Source of the DNA: Planctomycetota bacterium
GTDB lineage: Bacteria; Planctomycetota; B15-G4
Reading direction: 5' to 3'
Length of the DNA stretch: 64,000 nucleotides
Assembly (NCBI GenBank): GCA_038212275.1
Contig: JBBQUR010000004.1
Coordinates: 96,001-160,000, forward strand
The notes beneath the pieces were generated by a model. It ran no database searches. It was not told where the DNA came from and saw only the letters and a program-made list of their open reading frames with translations. Positions 19,116 to 29,303 of this stretch are shown here, piece by piece; position 1 is the stretch's first letter; each line of letters begins with the position of its first letter. Made by a program: the position numbers and the translations under genes.

Positions 19116-20080
19116 GGCTTGTAGATCACCGTCACGACGCCGCCCAGCCAGACGAAGAACCCGCCCACGCTCACGGGATCGGTCAGCAGCATCCTCACCG
19201 GATCGCTGCCCCGACCGGCGTGGATGCGGCGCAGATGGCGCAGCACCAGCAGCGCGACGACTGGCGCGGTGAGCAGCAGTGCGCGCGAACCCACGTGGGC
19301 CACGGTGTCGGCGGCTGCGCTGTACGCCACGTAGCTGCCGACGCACAGCAGCGCCGAGACATCCAGGAGGCGTCCCACAAGCGGCAGCGGATAGGCCGCG
19401 AACATCGGGCGGGTGAGCAGGGTGCCGGGCCCGAGCTGGCGCAGTTCGAGGCAGCGCTTGCCGAGGCTGAGAAACAAGGCCAGGCAGAAGCCGCACAGGA
19501 GCAACCAGCGCGAGGGAAGCAGTTGCAGGGCCGCGCTGCCTGCACACGTGCGCAGCACGAAGCCGAGCGACAGGACGACCACGTCGAGCACGAGCACTCG
19601 CTTGAGCAGCAGCGTGTACGCAAGCGTCAGGCCCACATAAAGCAGCGAGAGGTCGAAGACGCCAAGCGCGCCGAGCCCGCTCGTGAAGAGCGGCGGTGCG
19701 CTCTGCTGCACCGCCCGCGCGAGGGCCAGTCCGCCCGCAAGACATCCGACGGCGAGGGCGGCGGCCGCGCCAGTCCCGAACTTGCCGCGCGCCAGTGGTC
19801 GGTCACGCTTGGCCGGGTGGTGGGCGTCGGCCGGCGCATCGTGGACGTCATTGAGCACGTAGCCGGCCGATGACAACAGGCACAGCGCGGCGGCGGTGAG
19901 CAGCGCGAGGCGTACGGAAGGCGGATCAAGCAGCCGTCCCGCGAAGACCAGCGGCGCGAGCACGACGACGTTCTTGGCCCAGTGGGCCGGCCTCAGGAGA
20001 GCCGCGGCATCGGCGATCCGGCTGCCGTCGCGCGGGCTTGAGTCGTGCCCTGCGCGCGGGGCCCGCGAGGCGTCAGACAC
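19109..20080 (-). CDS. UbiA-family prenyltransferase (decaprenyl-phosphate phosphoribosyltransferase-like)
   Basis: LRPAHWAKN, YVLNDVHD..AD.HHP.KR.RPLA, multiple TM helices. Confidence 0.88.
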   Translation of the reverse strand: MSDASRAPRAGHDSSPRDGSRIADAAALLRPAHWAKNVVVLAPLVFAGRLLDPPSVRLALLTAAALCLLSSAGYVLNDVHDAPADAHHPAKRDRPLARGKFGTGAAAALAVGCLAGGLALARAVQQSAPPLFTSGLGALGVFDLSLLYVGLTLAYTLLLKRVLVLDVVVLSLGFVLRTCAGSAALQLLPSRWLLLCGFCLALFLSLGKRCLELRQLGPGTLLTRPMFAAYPLPLVGRLLDVSALLCVGSYVAYSAAADTVAHVGSRALLLTAPVVALLVLRHLRRIHAGRGSDPVRMLLTDPVSVGGFFVWLGGVVTVIYKPW

Positions 20081-20205
20081 GAAGGTGCTGCATGGCGGTC
20101 AACTCCGGGGCCGCAGGTTAGCGCGCCGGCGGGGGCCGCTCCACCCCGCGCCGGCGTCGCAGCGTGCGGCACCTCGCCGATCGCGGCCGATCGCGGCACG
20201 GCGGC

Positions 20206-22758
20206 TCAGCTCGCGACGGTCTCGCTGGAGCCGACGCGTCGGCACTGCAGAGTGTCGCCTGCAGCCGAGACCTCCACCTTGTCGCCGACGCCGATGCGGC
20301 CCGCGATCATTTCGCGCGCCAGCAGGTCGGTCACGTGCTTCTGAATGGCGCGCTTGAGCGGCCGCGCGCCGTAGGCGGGGTCGTAGCCGATGCGGGCGAG
20401 GAAGGACAGCGCCTCGTCGTCGACGATGAGCTCCACTCCGTTCACGGCCGCCTGCTTGCGCAGCCGGTCGATCTGGATGCGCACGATGTCGTGCAGCGCC
20501 TCGGGCTTCAGCGGCTCGAAGGCAACGATCTCGTCGAGGCGGTTGAGGAACTCGGGCCTGAAGAAGCGCTTCACGTCCTCGAGCGTGCCGATGTTGCTGG
20601 TCATCAGCACGAGCGCCTGGGTGAAGTCCACCGTGCGCCCCTGGCCGTCCGTCAGGCGTCCGTCGTCGAGCACCTGCAGCAGGGCGTGGAACACGTCGGG
20701 ATGCGCCTTCTCGACCTCGTCGAGCAGCAGCACGCAGTGCGGACGCCTGCGCACGGCTTCTGTCAGCGCGCCGCCCTCCTCGTGGCCGACGTAGCCCGGG
20801 GGCGCGCCGATGAGCCGCGACACGCTGTGCTTCTCCATGTACTCGGACATGTCGAGGCGAACCATCGCGCGCTCGTCGTTGAAAAGGAAGTCCGCCACGC
20901 TGCGCGCGAGCTCCGTCTTGCCCACGCCCGTCGGGCCGATGAAGAGGAAGGCGCCGATGGGGCGCGTGGGGGAAGCGAGGCCCGTACGCGAGCGACGGAT
21001 CGCGTCGCAGACCGCGGTCACGGCCGCATCCTGTCCGACCATGCGGCGGTGGATGACGTCCTCCATGTGCAGCAGGCGCTCGCGTTCCTCGGAGAGCAGG
21101 CGCGTGACGGGGATTCCGGTCCAGCGCGACACGACGGTCGCGATCTGTTCGCCGTCGACCATCTGCTTCAGCAGCGCGCCGTGCTCCTGAAGCTCCTCGA
21201 TCTCCGCGGCGCGCTGCTCGAGTTCGCGCTGGCTCGCCGGGATCTGGCCGTAGCGGATCTCCGCCACGCGGTCGAACCGGCCTTCCCGCTCGGCGGTGAG
21301 GGATTCGCGCTCGAGTGCCTGCAGGCGCTCCTTCGCGGTGCGCTGTGCCTCGATGAGCCGCTTCTCGCGCTGCCAGCGCAGGCGGAGCTCGCCGGCCTGC
21401 TCGTTCAGCTCCTCGAGCTTCGAGGTCACATCGGCGATGCGGCGCTTGTCGGGTTCGTCCTCGCTCTTCAAGGCGGTCCGTTCGATCTCGAGCTGACGCT
21501 GCCGGCGCTCGAAGTTGTCGAGCTCGGGCGGCATGGAATCGATGGCGATTCGCAGACCGCTCGCCGCCTCGTCGAGCAGGTCGATGGCCTTGTCGGGCAG
21601 GAAGCGCCCCTGGATGTACTGCTTGGAGAGGCGTGCTGCCGCGACGATGGCCTCGTCCAGGATGCGCACGCCGTGGTGCACCTCGTAGGTCTCCTTGAGA
21701 CCGCGCAGGATGGCGATCGTGTCGTCGACGCCGGGCTCATCCACGCGCACCGGCTGGAAGCGACGCTCGAGTGCGGCGTCCTTCTCGATGTGCTTGCGAT
21801 ATTCCTGAACGGTCGTGGCGCCCACGCAGCGCAACTCGCCGCGGGCGAGCGCCGGCTTGAGCATGTTGGCCGCATCCACGGCGCCTTCCGCGGCGCCCGC
21901 GCCGACGAGCGTGTGCAGCTCGTCGATGAAGAGGATGATCCCGCCCGCGGCGGACTCGACTTCCTTCAGCAGGGCCTTGAGGCGCTCCTCGAACTCGCCG
22001 CGGTATTTGGCGCCGGCGAGCAGCGCCGCGAGGTCGAGGGCGAGCAGGCGCTTCTCCTTGAGGCTCTCGGGAACGTCGCCGGCGACGATGCGCAGCGCAA
22101 GACCCTCGACGATGGCGGTCTTGCCGACGCCCGGCTCGCCGATGAGCACGGGATTGTTCTTCGTGCGGCGCGAGAGCACCTGAATGACGCGCCGGATCTC
22201 GTCGCTGCGCCCGATGACGACATCGAGCTTGCCGTCGCGGGCGAGCTTCGTGAGATCGCGCGTGTACTTGTCGAGCACCTCGAAGGCAGCTTCGGGAGTC
22301 TCGTTCTGCACGGACTGGGTGCCGCGCACGGCGGCGAGGGCGTGTTCCACTGCGGCAGGCGTGAGCCCGCGGTGACCGAGCGCGGCGACGAGAGGCGCAT
22401 CACCCTTGTTCAGCAGCGCAAGCAGCAGCAGTTCGACGGAGATGAAGCTGTCGCCGCGCTGTTTCGCGAGGCGCGAGGCCTCGTCGAGGACGCTGGCGAG
22501 GGCGCCGGACATGCCGGGAGTCGAGCCGCTCACGCGCGGTGCGCCCTTGAGCAGCCCCTGCAGGTCCGCGATCACGTCGACGCGCCGTGCATTCACGTGG
22601 CGCATCACGGCGTCGATGAAACCGTCCTCGGGTTCCACGAGTGCGAGCGCCAGGTGCGTCGGCGTGACCTCCGGATGCTTGCGCTCCGTGGCCAGCTCGA
22701 CGGCGGCCGCGAGAGATTCGCGTGTGCGTTGCGTGAAGTTGTCCGACTTGTTCGCCAT
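20206..22758 (-). CDS. clpB: Disaggregase chaperone ClpB
   Basis: Clp N domain, two AAA+ modules ([16 protein letters not shown]), coiled-coil M domain ending [14 protein letters not shown]. Confidence 0.95.
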   Translation of the reverse strand: MANKSDNFTQRTRESLAAAVELATERKHPEVTPTHLALALVEPEDGFIDAVMRHVNARRVDVIADLQGLLKGAPRVSGSTPGMSGALASVLDEASRLAKQRGDSFISVELLLLALLNKGDAPLVAALGHRGLTPAAVEHALAAVRGTQSVQNETPEAAFEVLDKYTRDLTKLARDGKLDVVIGRSDEIRRVIQVLSRRTKNNPVLIGEPGVGKTAIVEGLALRIVAGDVPESLKEKRLLALDLAALLAGAKYRGEFEERLKALLKEVESAAGGIILFIDELHTLVGAGAAEGAVDAANMLKPALARGELRCVGATTVQEYRKHIEKDAALERRFQPVRVDEPGVDDTIAILRGLKETYEVHHGVRILDEAIVAAARLSKQYIQGRFLPDKAIDLLDEAASGLRIAIDSMPPELDNFERRQRQLEIERTALKSEDEPDKRRIADVTSKLEELNEQAGELRLRWQREKRLIEAQRTAKERLQALERESLTAEREGRFDRVAEIRYGQIPASQRELEQRAAEIEELQEHGALLKQMVDGEQIATVVSRWTGIPVTRLLSEERERLLHMEDVIHRRMVGQDAAVTAVCDAIRRSRTGLASPTRPIGAFLFIGPTGVGKTELARSVADFLFNDERAMVRLDMSEYMEKHSVSRLIGAPPGYVGHEEGGALTEAVRRRPHCVLLLDEVEKAHPDVFHALLQVLDDGRLTDGQGRTVDFTQALVLMTSNIGTLEDVKRFFRPEFLNRLDEIVAFEPLKPEALHDIVRIQIDRLRKQAAVNGVELIVDDEALSFLARIGYDPAYGARPLKRAIQKHVTDLLAREMIAGRIGVGDKVEVSAAGDTLQCRRVGSSETVAS

Positions 22759-22768
22759 GAAAGTGCGC

Positions 22769-22794
22769 TCCGTGTCCGTGTCCGTGTCCGTGTC
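22769..22794. repeat. Hexanucleotide tandem repeat (TCCGTG)x4.3 in the clpB 5' UTR
   Basis: Directly visible; abuts the GGAG Shine-Dalgarno on the minus strand. Confidence 0.9.
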
Positions 22795-22870
22795 ACGCGA
22801 TGCGCGCACGGCGCCTGCCGCGTGCGTCAAGCCCGCGGATGTGTCCTGGCCACTCACCACTCATCAGGCG

Positions 22871-22887
22871 AGCAATGGCCATGCCAA
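22871..22887 (-). promoter_or_regulatory. Sigma54 -24/-12 promoter for clpB
   Basis: Minus strand reads TTGGCATGGCCATTGCT, near consensus TGGCACG-N4-TTGCW with exact GG-N10-GC spacing. Confidence 0.75.
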
Positions 22888-23383
22888 AGCGCACGTGGCC
22901 GTCAAGGTGTTTCTTCTGCTGGAGGGCGCGCGGTCGCCGGACATCGGTCCCCCGGTCTCCGGGCGGGAGCCGAGTCGCGAGGCTGCGGAAAGGGGCCTGC
23001 CGTCGGCGGCTCAGGGCCAGGGAGCAGGGCACGCCAGGCTTGAGCTGGCCGGCGGCGGGCTTCAGCCGGTTCTGTCGACCGCAGGAGTTCGATCGTCTCC
23101 CGCTCGCCACGGTTCTCCACAGTGTTTTCATGCCACTGCGGCGGAGAGCCTGCCAGTCTGGCCGCTTTCGCAGGTCCTTGATGTGCCTTCGGAGGGCCCT
23201 CCTGCCTCGGCGCGACACGGACTGCTTGGCCTGAGCAGCGTGCGGACGGACGCGGATTCTGTCCGCCGATGGGCGGCGCCCATCCACGACGAGTTCGCCC
23301 GCCGGCCCGCGATGAGCGCCTCGTGTGCGCGGCCCCGGCGGCTAGACTCGCCGGCTTGCCTTCCCCGTTGCGCGGACGCCTGC

Positions 23384-24028
23384 ATGATCCCGACACATCC
23401 GTTGCTTGCCCTCAGCCTGAGCTCCTTTGCGGAGCAGACCGCCGCCAGGACGCCGACGCCCGGCGGCGGCTCGGTGGCGGCGTACATGGGGACCCTCGGC
23501 GCGTCGCTCGGAGCGATGGCGGCGCGCTTCACGTCAGGGCGCAAGGGCTTCGAGGCGCATGAGAGCGCGCTCGGCACGGAGGTCGCGCGGCTCGACGAAC
23601 TCGCCGCCCGCTTGTCCGCGCTCGTCGACGAAGACAGCCGCAGCTACGACACGGTGACCAACGCGTATGCGCTGCCGAAGGAGAGCGAAGAGCAGAAGGC
23701 GGCGCGCCGTGACGCGATTCAGGCCGCCCTGCGCGTCGCACTGGCCGCACCCCTCGCCACCTGCCGCACGGCCGTCGCTGCGCTGGGCGAACTCGACACG
23801 CTGGCGACGCATGTCAATCCGAACCTCGCGAGCGATGTCGCCGTGGGCGCGTATGCGCTCGGCGCCGCCTATCGGGGCGCGTGGATGAATGTGCTCATCA
23901 ATCTTGGCGGGCTCAAGGACGAAGCCTTTCGCGCCGCGATCCTCGCCGAGGGCGAGACGCTGTCGAGCTCCGCGCAACGACTCGAGCAGCGCGTGAGCGC
24001 GGCGATCCTTTCCGGGTTGAAGTCCTGA
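23384..24028 (+). CDS. Formiminotetrahydrofolate cyclodeaminase / cyclohydrolase family (FTCD_C)
   Basis: PTPGGGSVAA, LVDEDSRSY, ALPK, NPNLASD, NVLINL. Confidence 0.9.
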   Translation: MIPTHPLLALSLSSFAEQTAARTPTPGGGSVAAYMGTLGASLGAMAARFTSGRKGFEAHESALGTEVARLDELAARLSALVDEDSRSYDTVTNAYALPKESEEQKAARRDAIQAALRVALAAPLATCRTAVAALGELDTLATHVNPNLASDVAVGAYALGAAYRGAWMNVLINLGGLKDEAFRAAILAEGETLSSSAQRLEQRVSAAILSGLKS

Positions 24029-25443
24029 GCGGCAAAGACGCCCCTGCGTCCGGTCTCCCGCCCGTCCGCTGCGCCAACGCGCAGCTGGCTGCGCTGCTCG
24101 ACGGGCCGATCGACGAACGCTGCCTGGACGCCGTCGAGGCGCTGCTGCAGAGCTGGGGGGCGCTCGCATTTCCCGCACTTCCCAATGGCATGTACGCCGC
24201 GGTGCCACGCGTGCAGGCGTCCAATCAGTACACCGGCTACGCAAACACGTGGGTGCGCGACACGGTGCACATCGCTCATGCGGCCTGGGAGCGCGGGCAG
24301 GTGGGGCGCGCGGCGGCGGCGGCTCGCTCGCTGCTGGCGTGGTTCGGCACGCAGGCGCCGCGCTTCGAGCGATGCATCGCCGGAGAGGCTGACCTGTCGG
24401 ATCCGATGCAGCGGCCTCACATCCGTTTTCGCGGGGCAGACCTGACGGAGATCCCCGTCTGGTGGCCGCACGCGCAGAACGACGCGCTCGGTTACGCACT
24501 CTGGTTCCTGTCGCGGGCGTCGCTTTCGGGTCTGTTGCCCGTCGATGACGCGGCCGCGGCGGTCCTCTGGCGATTCCCGCGCTTCTTCGCGGCGATCTCC
24601 TACTGGCAGGACCGCGACAGTGGTCACTGGGAGGAGGCGCGCAAGCTGCAGTGCTCGTCGGTGGGCGCGGTCGTGGCCGGACTGATGGCCTTTCGCGGCC
24701 TGTGCCGGAGCAGGCCCGAGGTGGGAGCCCTCGGCTTGCGCGGCGCAGCGCTCGGTGCGGAGCACGCGCAGAGCACGGGCGAGGTCCGTGCCGCGCCGTT
24801 CACGCCGGGGCAGCTCGACGAGTTGCTCGCGGCCGGACGCGCACATCTGAATCGCGTGCTGCCGGCCGAGTCGATCGACGAGAGCGATCCGTCACTCCAG
24901 CGCGCGACGGACGCGGCGCTGCTCTTCCTCGTCCATCCGCTCCGCGTGGTGAGCGACGAGATGGCCATGCGCATCTGCGACGACGTCCGCGCGACGCTGC
25001 TCGGGCCGTACGGCATCCGGCGCTACATCGGCGACAGCTACTGGATGGCCGATTACACGCGACTCTTCGACGAGCACACGCGCACCGCCGGCTTCGAGGA
25101 TGACGTGGCGGCTCGCGACCGGTTCCTGCAACCGGGAACGGAGGCGCAGTGGTGCCTCTTCGATCCCGTGCTCTCGACGATCCACGGCTGGCGCTTTCTC
25201 GCCACTCGGGACCCCGGTGACCGCGCCTGGCAGGAGTGGCACCTGCGTCGCGCGCTGGGCGAGGTGACCGGCGCCGACTGTCCGCTGGGCGAGGGGCTGT
25301 GCCCCGAGGCCTACTACCTGCCGGACAGTCGCACGCCCGCGGTCTGGGTCGCGAACGACGACACGCCGCTGCTCTGGACAGAGGCCGCTCTCAGCAGCGC
25401 GCTGCTGGCCGCGCGGAAGACGGTCGTCGCGGCGGGGCGGTAA
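24025..25443 (+). CDS. Glycoside hydrolase family 15-like / phosphorylase-kinase alpha-beta homologue
   Basis: TGYANTWVRD, PHIRF, HAQNDALG, DSGHWEE, GIRRYIGDSYW, EAQWCLFD, PLLWTEA; start uncertain (CTG 24025 proposed). Confidence 0.8.
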   Translation: MSGKDAPASGLPPVRCANAQLAALLDGPIDERCLDAVEALLQSWGALAFPALPNGMYAAVPRVQASNQYTGYANTWVRDTVHIAHAAWERGQVGRAAAAARSLLAWFGTQAPRFERCIAGEADLSDPMQRPHIRFRGADLTEIPVWWPHAQNDALGYALWFLSRASLSGLLPVDDAAAAVLWRFPRFFAAISYWQDRDSGHWEEARKLQCSSVGAVVAGLMAFRGLCRSRPEVGALGLRGAALGAEHAQSTGEVRAAPFTPGQLDELLAAGRAHLNRVLPAESIDESDPSLQRATDAALLFLVHPLRVVSDEMAMRICDDVRATLLGPYGIRRYIGDSYWMADYTRLFDEHTRTAGFEDDVAARDRFLQPGTEAQWCLFDPVLSTIHGWRFLATRDPGDRAWQEWHLRRALGEVTGADCPLGEGLCPEAYYLPDSRTPAVWVANDDTPLLWTEAALSSALLAARKTVVAAGR

Positions 25444-25635
25444 AGAGTCCCGGGCGTGAAGATCGAGTGAAGAATGTGCGCAGTGTCGGCAAGGGGCGGT
25501 GAAGGCTCGCGCAATTTGCTGTGGCGGTCCGGCTTTGCGCTGGTCTTGCGCGCTCGCGGCGGGTCTCATCCGGGCCGCGCGAGCGGCTTGGCTACCGACG
25601 CGTTGACACCATCCCGACCCCGGAGTGCTCGCACC

Positions 25636-25983
25636 ATGCAACTGCTGTCCCGTCTTGGTGGAATCGTGATCATCGGCGCCTTGTCGGGGGCGCTGCTCGG
25701 CTGCTCGATGATGGACAAGCCGTCGTGGCTCGCGACGAAGAAGGCGAATGACGCGGAGGCGGAGTTTTACGCCGAGGTGCCCTACGAGGGCCGCATCTAC
25801 GTGATCGGCAAGTCCGCCAGCCTCGCGGCTTTCGAGAAGACGAAGGAGCTGCCGTACCGCCAGACCTTCATCGGCGTCGGCCCGAACGGCGAGACGGTGG
25901 TCATCGAGGCGGAAGCCAAGGACGTGGCCCTGCAGGCGCGGCTGCGGCGCGCCTATGACGCGAAGCACGACGTCGAACTCTGA
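25636..25983 (+). CDS. Small lipoprotein of unknown function
   Basis: GGAG SD, signal peptide with lipobox LLGC, strongly biased codon usage. Confidence 0.8.
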   Translation: MQLLSRLGGIVIIGALSGALLGCSMMDKPSWLATKKANDAEAEFYAEVPYEGRIYVIGKSASLAAFEKTKELPYRQTFIGVGPNGETVVIEAEAKDVALQARLRRAYDAKHDVEL

Positions 25984-26045
25984 GCGGCGGCCGAGATCGT
26001 CGGCCCCGCGCACCGTCATCACAGGCTCTCAGCGAGCGCCGGAAG

Positions 26046-26957
26046 TCAGCGCGCGGGCGCTTGCGCGCGCAGGTCACGCCACAGCGCGATCGGGCCGACG
26101 GCGAAGAGCGCGAACAGCGGCGGTGCGGTGAGCAGCAGGTCGAGTCCGCGCCAGGGTGCAAGCGGCAGGAGCCGGATGCCGAACTCCACCAACGCGATGA
26201 GCACCGTCACGAGAATGCGTCCGCGCACCGTGCCGACGACCGTGCGCGGGTCGGTCAGCATGAAGAAGATGAGCAGCATGTACATGGCGCCGGTGAGCGG
26301 CGCGATTTCGGTGGTGAAACGCGTGAGCCAGGAGTAGCCGGCGTATTCGGGCAGCGCCCCGAAGATTGCGGCCCGCAGGCCCGCCAGGGCAACGAAAGCC
26401 AGGACGTAGCTCGCCGTGATGTGCAGCAGCCGGGCGCGCCAGACGACGATCGTGCCCACGGCCAGCAGGATGTAGACGATGGACTTGTCGTTGCCCCACT
26501 GGTGACTGAGCACCGACATCGAGTTCGGCGCGATGAGCAGCAGCGCGCAGATCGAGAAGTTGGTCGGATTCCAGAGGTGCCGGTTCCGGTACGTGAGCAC
26601 GTATTTGCTGCTGATGGCGAGGAACGATCCGAGCCAGAACGGCCACAGCAGTCCGCCTGCCGGTTTCGTGAGGATGGCGACGCTGTTGCCGCTGATGTAC
26701 GCCGAGAGCAGCACCGGCCAGCTGCCGCGCAGCAGGCGGGACAAGACCAGCTCGACGAGTATCGCCGTGCCGAGAGCGAGCAGCAGGCGCTCGTACCCGC
26801 CGATGATGTCGAAGAAATACTGTCCCACCACGAGGATCAGCGTGATGAAGCCGGAGGACAGGTACCTGGCCGGGATCGCGGGCATGCGAAAGCCCGGGCG
26901 CGGAACGACCGCGGCGGCCGCCGAGGGAGCATCCGGGCCACGCGCTTCGCTGCTCAT
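26046..26957 (-). CDS. UnbU-like / RnfD-NQR2-family polytopic membrane protein
   Basis: SAYISG, SKY....RHLWNPTNF, FFMLTDPRT motifs, about 9 TM segments; ATG overlaps upstream stop. Confidence 0.8.
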   Translation of the reverse strand: MSSEARGPDAPSAAAAVVPRPGFRMPAIPARYLSSGFITLILVVGQYFFDIIGGYERLLLALGTAILVELVLSRLLRGSWPVLLSAYISGNSVAILTKPAGGLLWPFWLGSFLAISSKYVLTYRNRHLWNPTNFSICALLLIAPNSMSVLSHQWGNDKSIVYILLAVGTIVVWRARLLHITASYVLAFVALAGLRAAIFGALPEYAGYSWLTRFTTEIAPLTGAMYMLLIFFMLTDPRTVVGTVRGRILVTVLIALVEFGIRLLPLAPWRGLDLLLTAPPLFALFAVGPIALWRDLRAQAPAR

Positions 26958-28735
26958 TGCGGCTCCCGCACCAGGTGCAGGCGACCAGGCTCGGGCGAGG
27001 GCAGCACCTGCTCCCGGCCGGATGGCCAGCGGATCACGGCCTGCTTCACGCTCGTGGCGGCGCCGATGCCGAAATGCAGTCGCAGGTCGTTCTGGCTGCA
27101 GAATCCGGAACCGCCCTCCACGACCTGTGCCTGCCGGTAGTCGCCGAAGTCCAGCGTGACCTGCGCGCCGATGGCGTCGCGATTGCTCGCCTCGCCCTGA
27201 AGGTGAAAGCCGATCCAGCCGCGCTCCGGCAGCACGTCGTTGCGGTAGACGAGCAGCGGACCATGCTGGTTCGCGATGACCACGTCGAGCACGCCGCGGT
27301 TCCAGAGGTCGCCGAGGGCGATGGCGCGGCCGTCGTACTCGTCCGTGGCGCCGACGGCCGCGGCGACATCGAGAAAGGTGCGGCCGGCCTGGTTGAGCAG
27401 CACGCGCGAGCGTTCGTAACCCGACAGGCTCTTTCCGCCGATGGGCGCCCAATTGCGCGTGTCGGCGAAGAGATTGCCGGAGCCACCCGCGACCTTCCCC
27501 ATGTCGTACCAGTAGTCCTGCTCGCGATCCGCGGAGATGAAGCCGTTGACGACGAAGAGGTCCTGCCAGCCGTCGTTGTTCAGGTCACCGAACTGCGCGC
27601 CCCAGGCCCAGCCGCAATCCGCGACGACTCCCTGCGCGACGTTCTCGAATCCTCCTCCGTGGTCGAGGAGATTGAGCCGCAGGTTGTTGCCCTGGAACAG
27701 GTATCCGGCCTTGCTGATGTTCGTGACGAAGGTACCGAGGCGGCCGTCGTTGCGCGCATCTCCGACCGCAACGGACATGCCGCTCTTGCTGTCTTCCCCG
27801 AGGCCGACGCTGGCCAGTTCGAAGCGCTCGCCGTGCACGTTGCGGAACAGCTCCTCGGGGCCGTAGTCGTTGGCGAGGTAGAGGTCCTGCCATCCGTCGC
27901 CGTCGAAGTCCGCCGCGGCCAGCGCGAGCGTCCAGCGCGTGCTGTCGCAGCCGGTGGCCGCGGTCACGTCCTCGAAGTGCGGCACGCCGTCGGCTCCGGG
28001 GCCGAGGTTGTGCCACAGCACGTTGTGCCCGCCGTTCGTGGCGAACTCGAAGCTGTCGTGCATGATCTTCGTGGTCTTCAGGTGCCAGAGATCCAGCGTC
28101 TCCGGAAAGTAGCCCGCGACGTAGAGATCGAGCAGGCCGTCCCGGTCGTAGTCGAGCCACACGGCGCTGTTGCTGTTCATCCAGCGGTGCAGCCCGGCGG
28201 CCTCGGTGATGTCGGTGAAATGCAGGGCACCGTCGTTGCGGAAGAGCTGCGCGTAGCCCCACTTGTAGATGTAGAGATCCTGGTCGCCGTCGTTGTCCAG
28301 GTCGGCCCAGACCGAACCCATCGACGCTCCCTCGCCCTCGCGATTCAGGTCGGCGAGTCCCGCACGCTCCGCGACGTCCTCGAAGCGGCCGTTCCGGAGA
28401 TTGCGGTAGAGGGCGTTGCGCCTGCCGAAGGCGCTCGTCGTCGCGTACAGGTCCTGCCAGCCGTCGCCGTCGACATCGCAGATCGAAATGGCCGCGCCCA
28501 TCGCGGCGACATGCGGTTCCACGTTGGCGATGATCGGGTCAAGCCGGGTCGGCTCGTGGTGGAAGTCGATGCCCGCCTCGGCGCTGACGTCGCGCAGCAC
28601 GAAGCCGTAGCGCGTGATGTCCGCCGTGCCCGTGGCGATGGAGCGCGAGGTCGTCCCGTCGGCCCACCACGCGAAGCCGAGGGCGCCCACGAATACCAGG
28701 CGTGTCCCGGTCAGCAGCAGCGGGCGCGAGACCAT
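26954..28735 (-). CDS. CRTAC1 / ASPIC-UnbV family protein with FG-GAP repeats
   Basis: Repeated D.D.DG..DL motifs, GWAWG, C-terminal SNRDAIGA.V...GGSGFCSQ....LHFG.G...IRWPSG (ASPIC/UnbV). Confidence 0.9.
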   Translation of the reverse strand: MVSRPLLLTGTRLVFVGALGFAWWADGTTSRSIATGTADITRYGFVLRDVSAEAGIDFHHEPTRLDPIIANVEPHVAAMGAAISICDVDGDGWQDLYATTSAFGRRNALYRNLRNGRFEDVAERAGLADLNREGEGASMGSVWADLDNDGDQDLYIYKWGYAQLFRNDGALHFTDITEAAGLHRWMNSNSAVWLDYDRDGLLDLYVAGYFPETLDLWHLKTTKIMHDSFEFATNGGHNVLWHNLGPGADGVPHFEDVTAATGCDSTRWTLALAAADFDGDGWQDLYLANDYGPEELFRNVHGERFELASVGLGEDSKSGMSVAVGDARNDGRLGTFVTNISKAGYLFQGNNLRLNLLDHGGGFENVAQGVVADCGWAWGAQFGDLNNDGWQDLFVVNGFISADREQDYWYDMGKVAGGSGNLFADTRNWAPIGGKSLSGYERSRVLLNQAGRTFLDVAAAVGATDEYDGRAIALGDLWNRGVLDVVIANQHGPLLVYRNDVLPERGWIGFHLQGEASNRDAIGAQVTLDFGDYRQAQVVEGGSGFCSQNDLRLHFGIGAATSVKQAVIRWPSGREQVLPSPEPGRLHLVREPQ

Positions 28736-28859
28736 CGGCGAATGCTCGGGCGAAGGACAGGTCGCGCGTCACCGCGGAAGCGCACGTTCCGATTCTAGCC
28801 GCAGCGGGGGCCGCCGGCTCGGCGTGTTTCCGCATCGGCGGCGACGAAAGTGCCGACTC

Positions 28860-29303
28860 TCAGGGTTGGCCGATCGTGCCCGGGAGCCAGTCCTCGCGGA
28901 AGGTGTCGAAACGCTCCTTGAAGCGGACCGTCTGGTCCGGGCCGAGGATCGGCTGGATCTCGCGTTCGATCGCGTCGATCTCCGGGCCGATGTCCTGCAT
29001 GAGGTCGTTGCGCGCCTTCAGGATGCGTGCGTAGCGACGACGCACGATCTGCTCCACGCGTCGGGTCTGATCGTCGGTGAGGTCGAGCCGGCTCTTCAGC
29101 CTGTGCGCGACGCGTTCGGGCAGGAGGTCGGGATGCTGGATGGCGTCCCTGGCCTGGCGACCGACGCGCATCACCGTGATGCCGGCGCCGACGACTCCGC
29201 CGCCGAGGAAAATCAGGCTGCAGAGCAGCACCGTGAGCCAGATGCGCCGCGGCCGGGTGGCGTCGGGTGGGGCGGGAACGGCTTGCCGTGTTCGATCATT
29301 CAT
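28860..29303 (-). CDS. Membrane-anchored periplasmic helical protein (Spy/CpxP or heavy-metal-sensor-like)
   Basis: TM helix with IFLGG..G, then LDLTDDQ and ILGPDQ (LTxxQ-type) motifs. Confidence 0.7.
   Translation of the reverse strand: MNDRTRQAVPAPPDATRPRRIWLTVLLCSLIFLGGGVVGAGITVMRVGRQARDAIQHPDLLPERVAHRLKSRLDLTDDQTRRVEQIVRRRYARILKARNDLMQDIGPEIDAIEREIQPILGPDQTVRFKERFDTFREDWLPGTIGQP

Noticed and set aside
22845..22880. CIRCE (HrcA) operator upstream of clpB
   Set aside because: CACTC..GAG fragments lack the TTAGCACTC-N9-GAGTGCTAA sequence and spacing
26046..28735. Enediyne biosynthetic cluster
   Set aside because: No PKS, thioesterase or UnbL-like genes in the window
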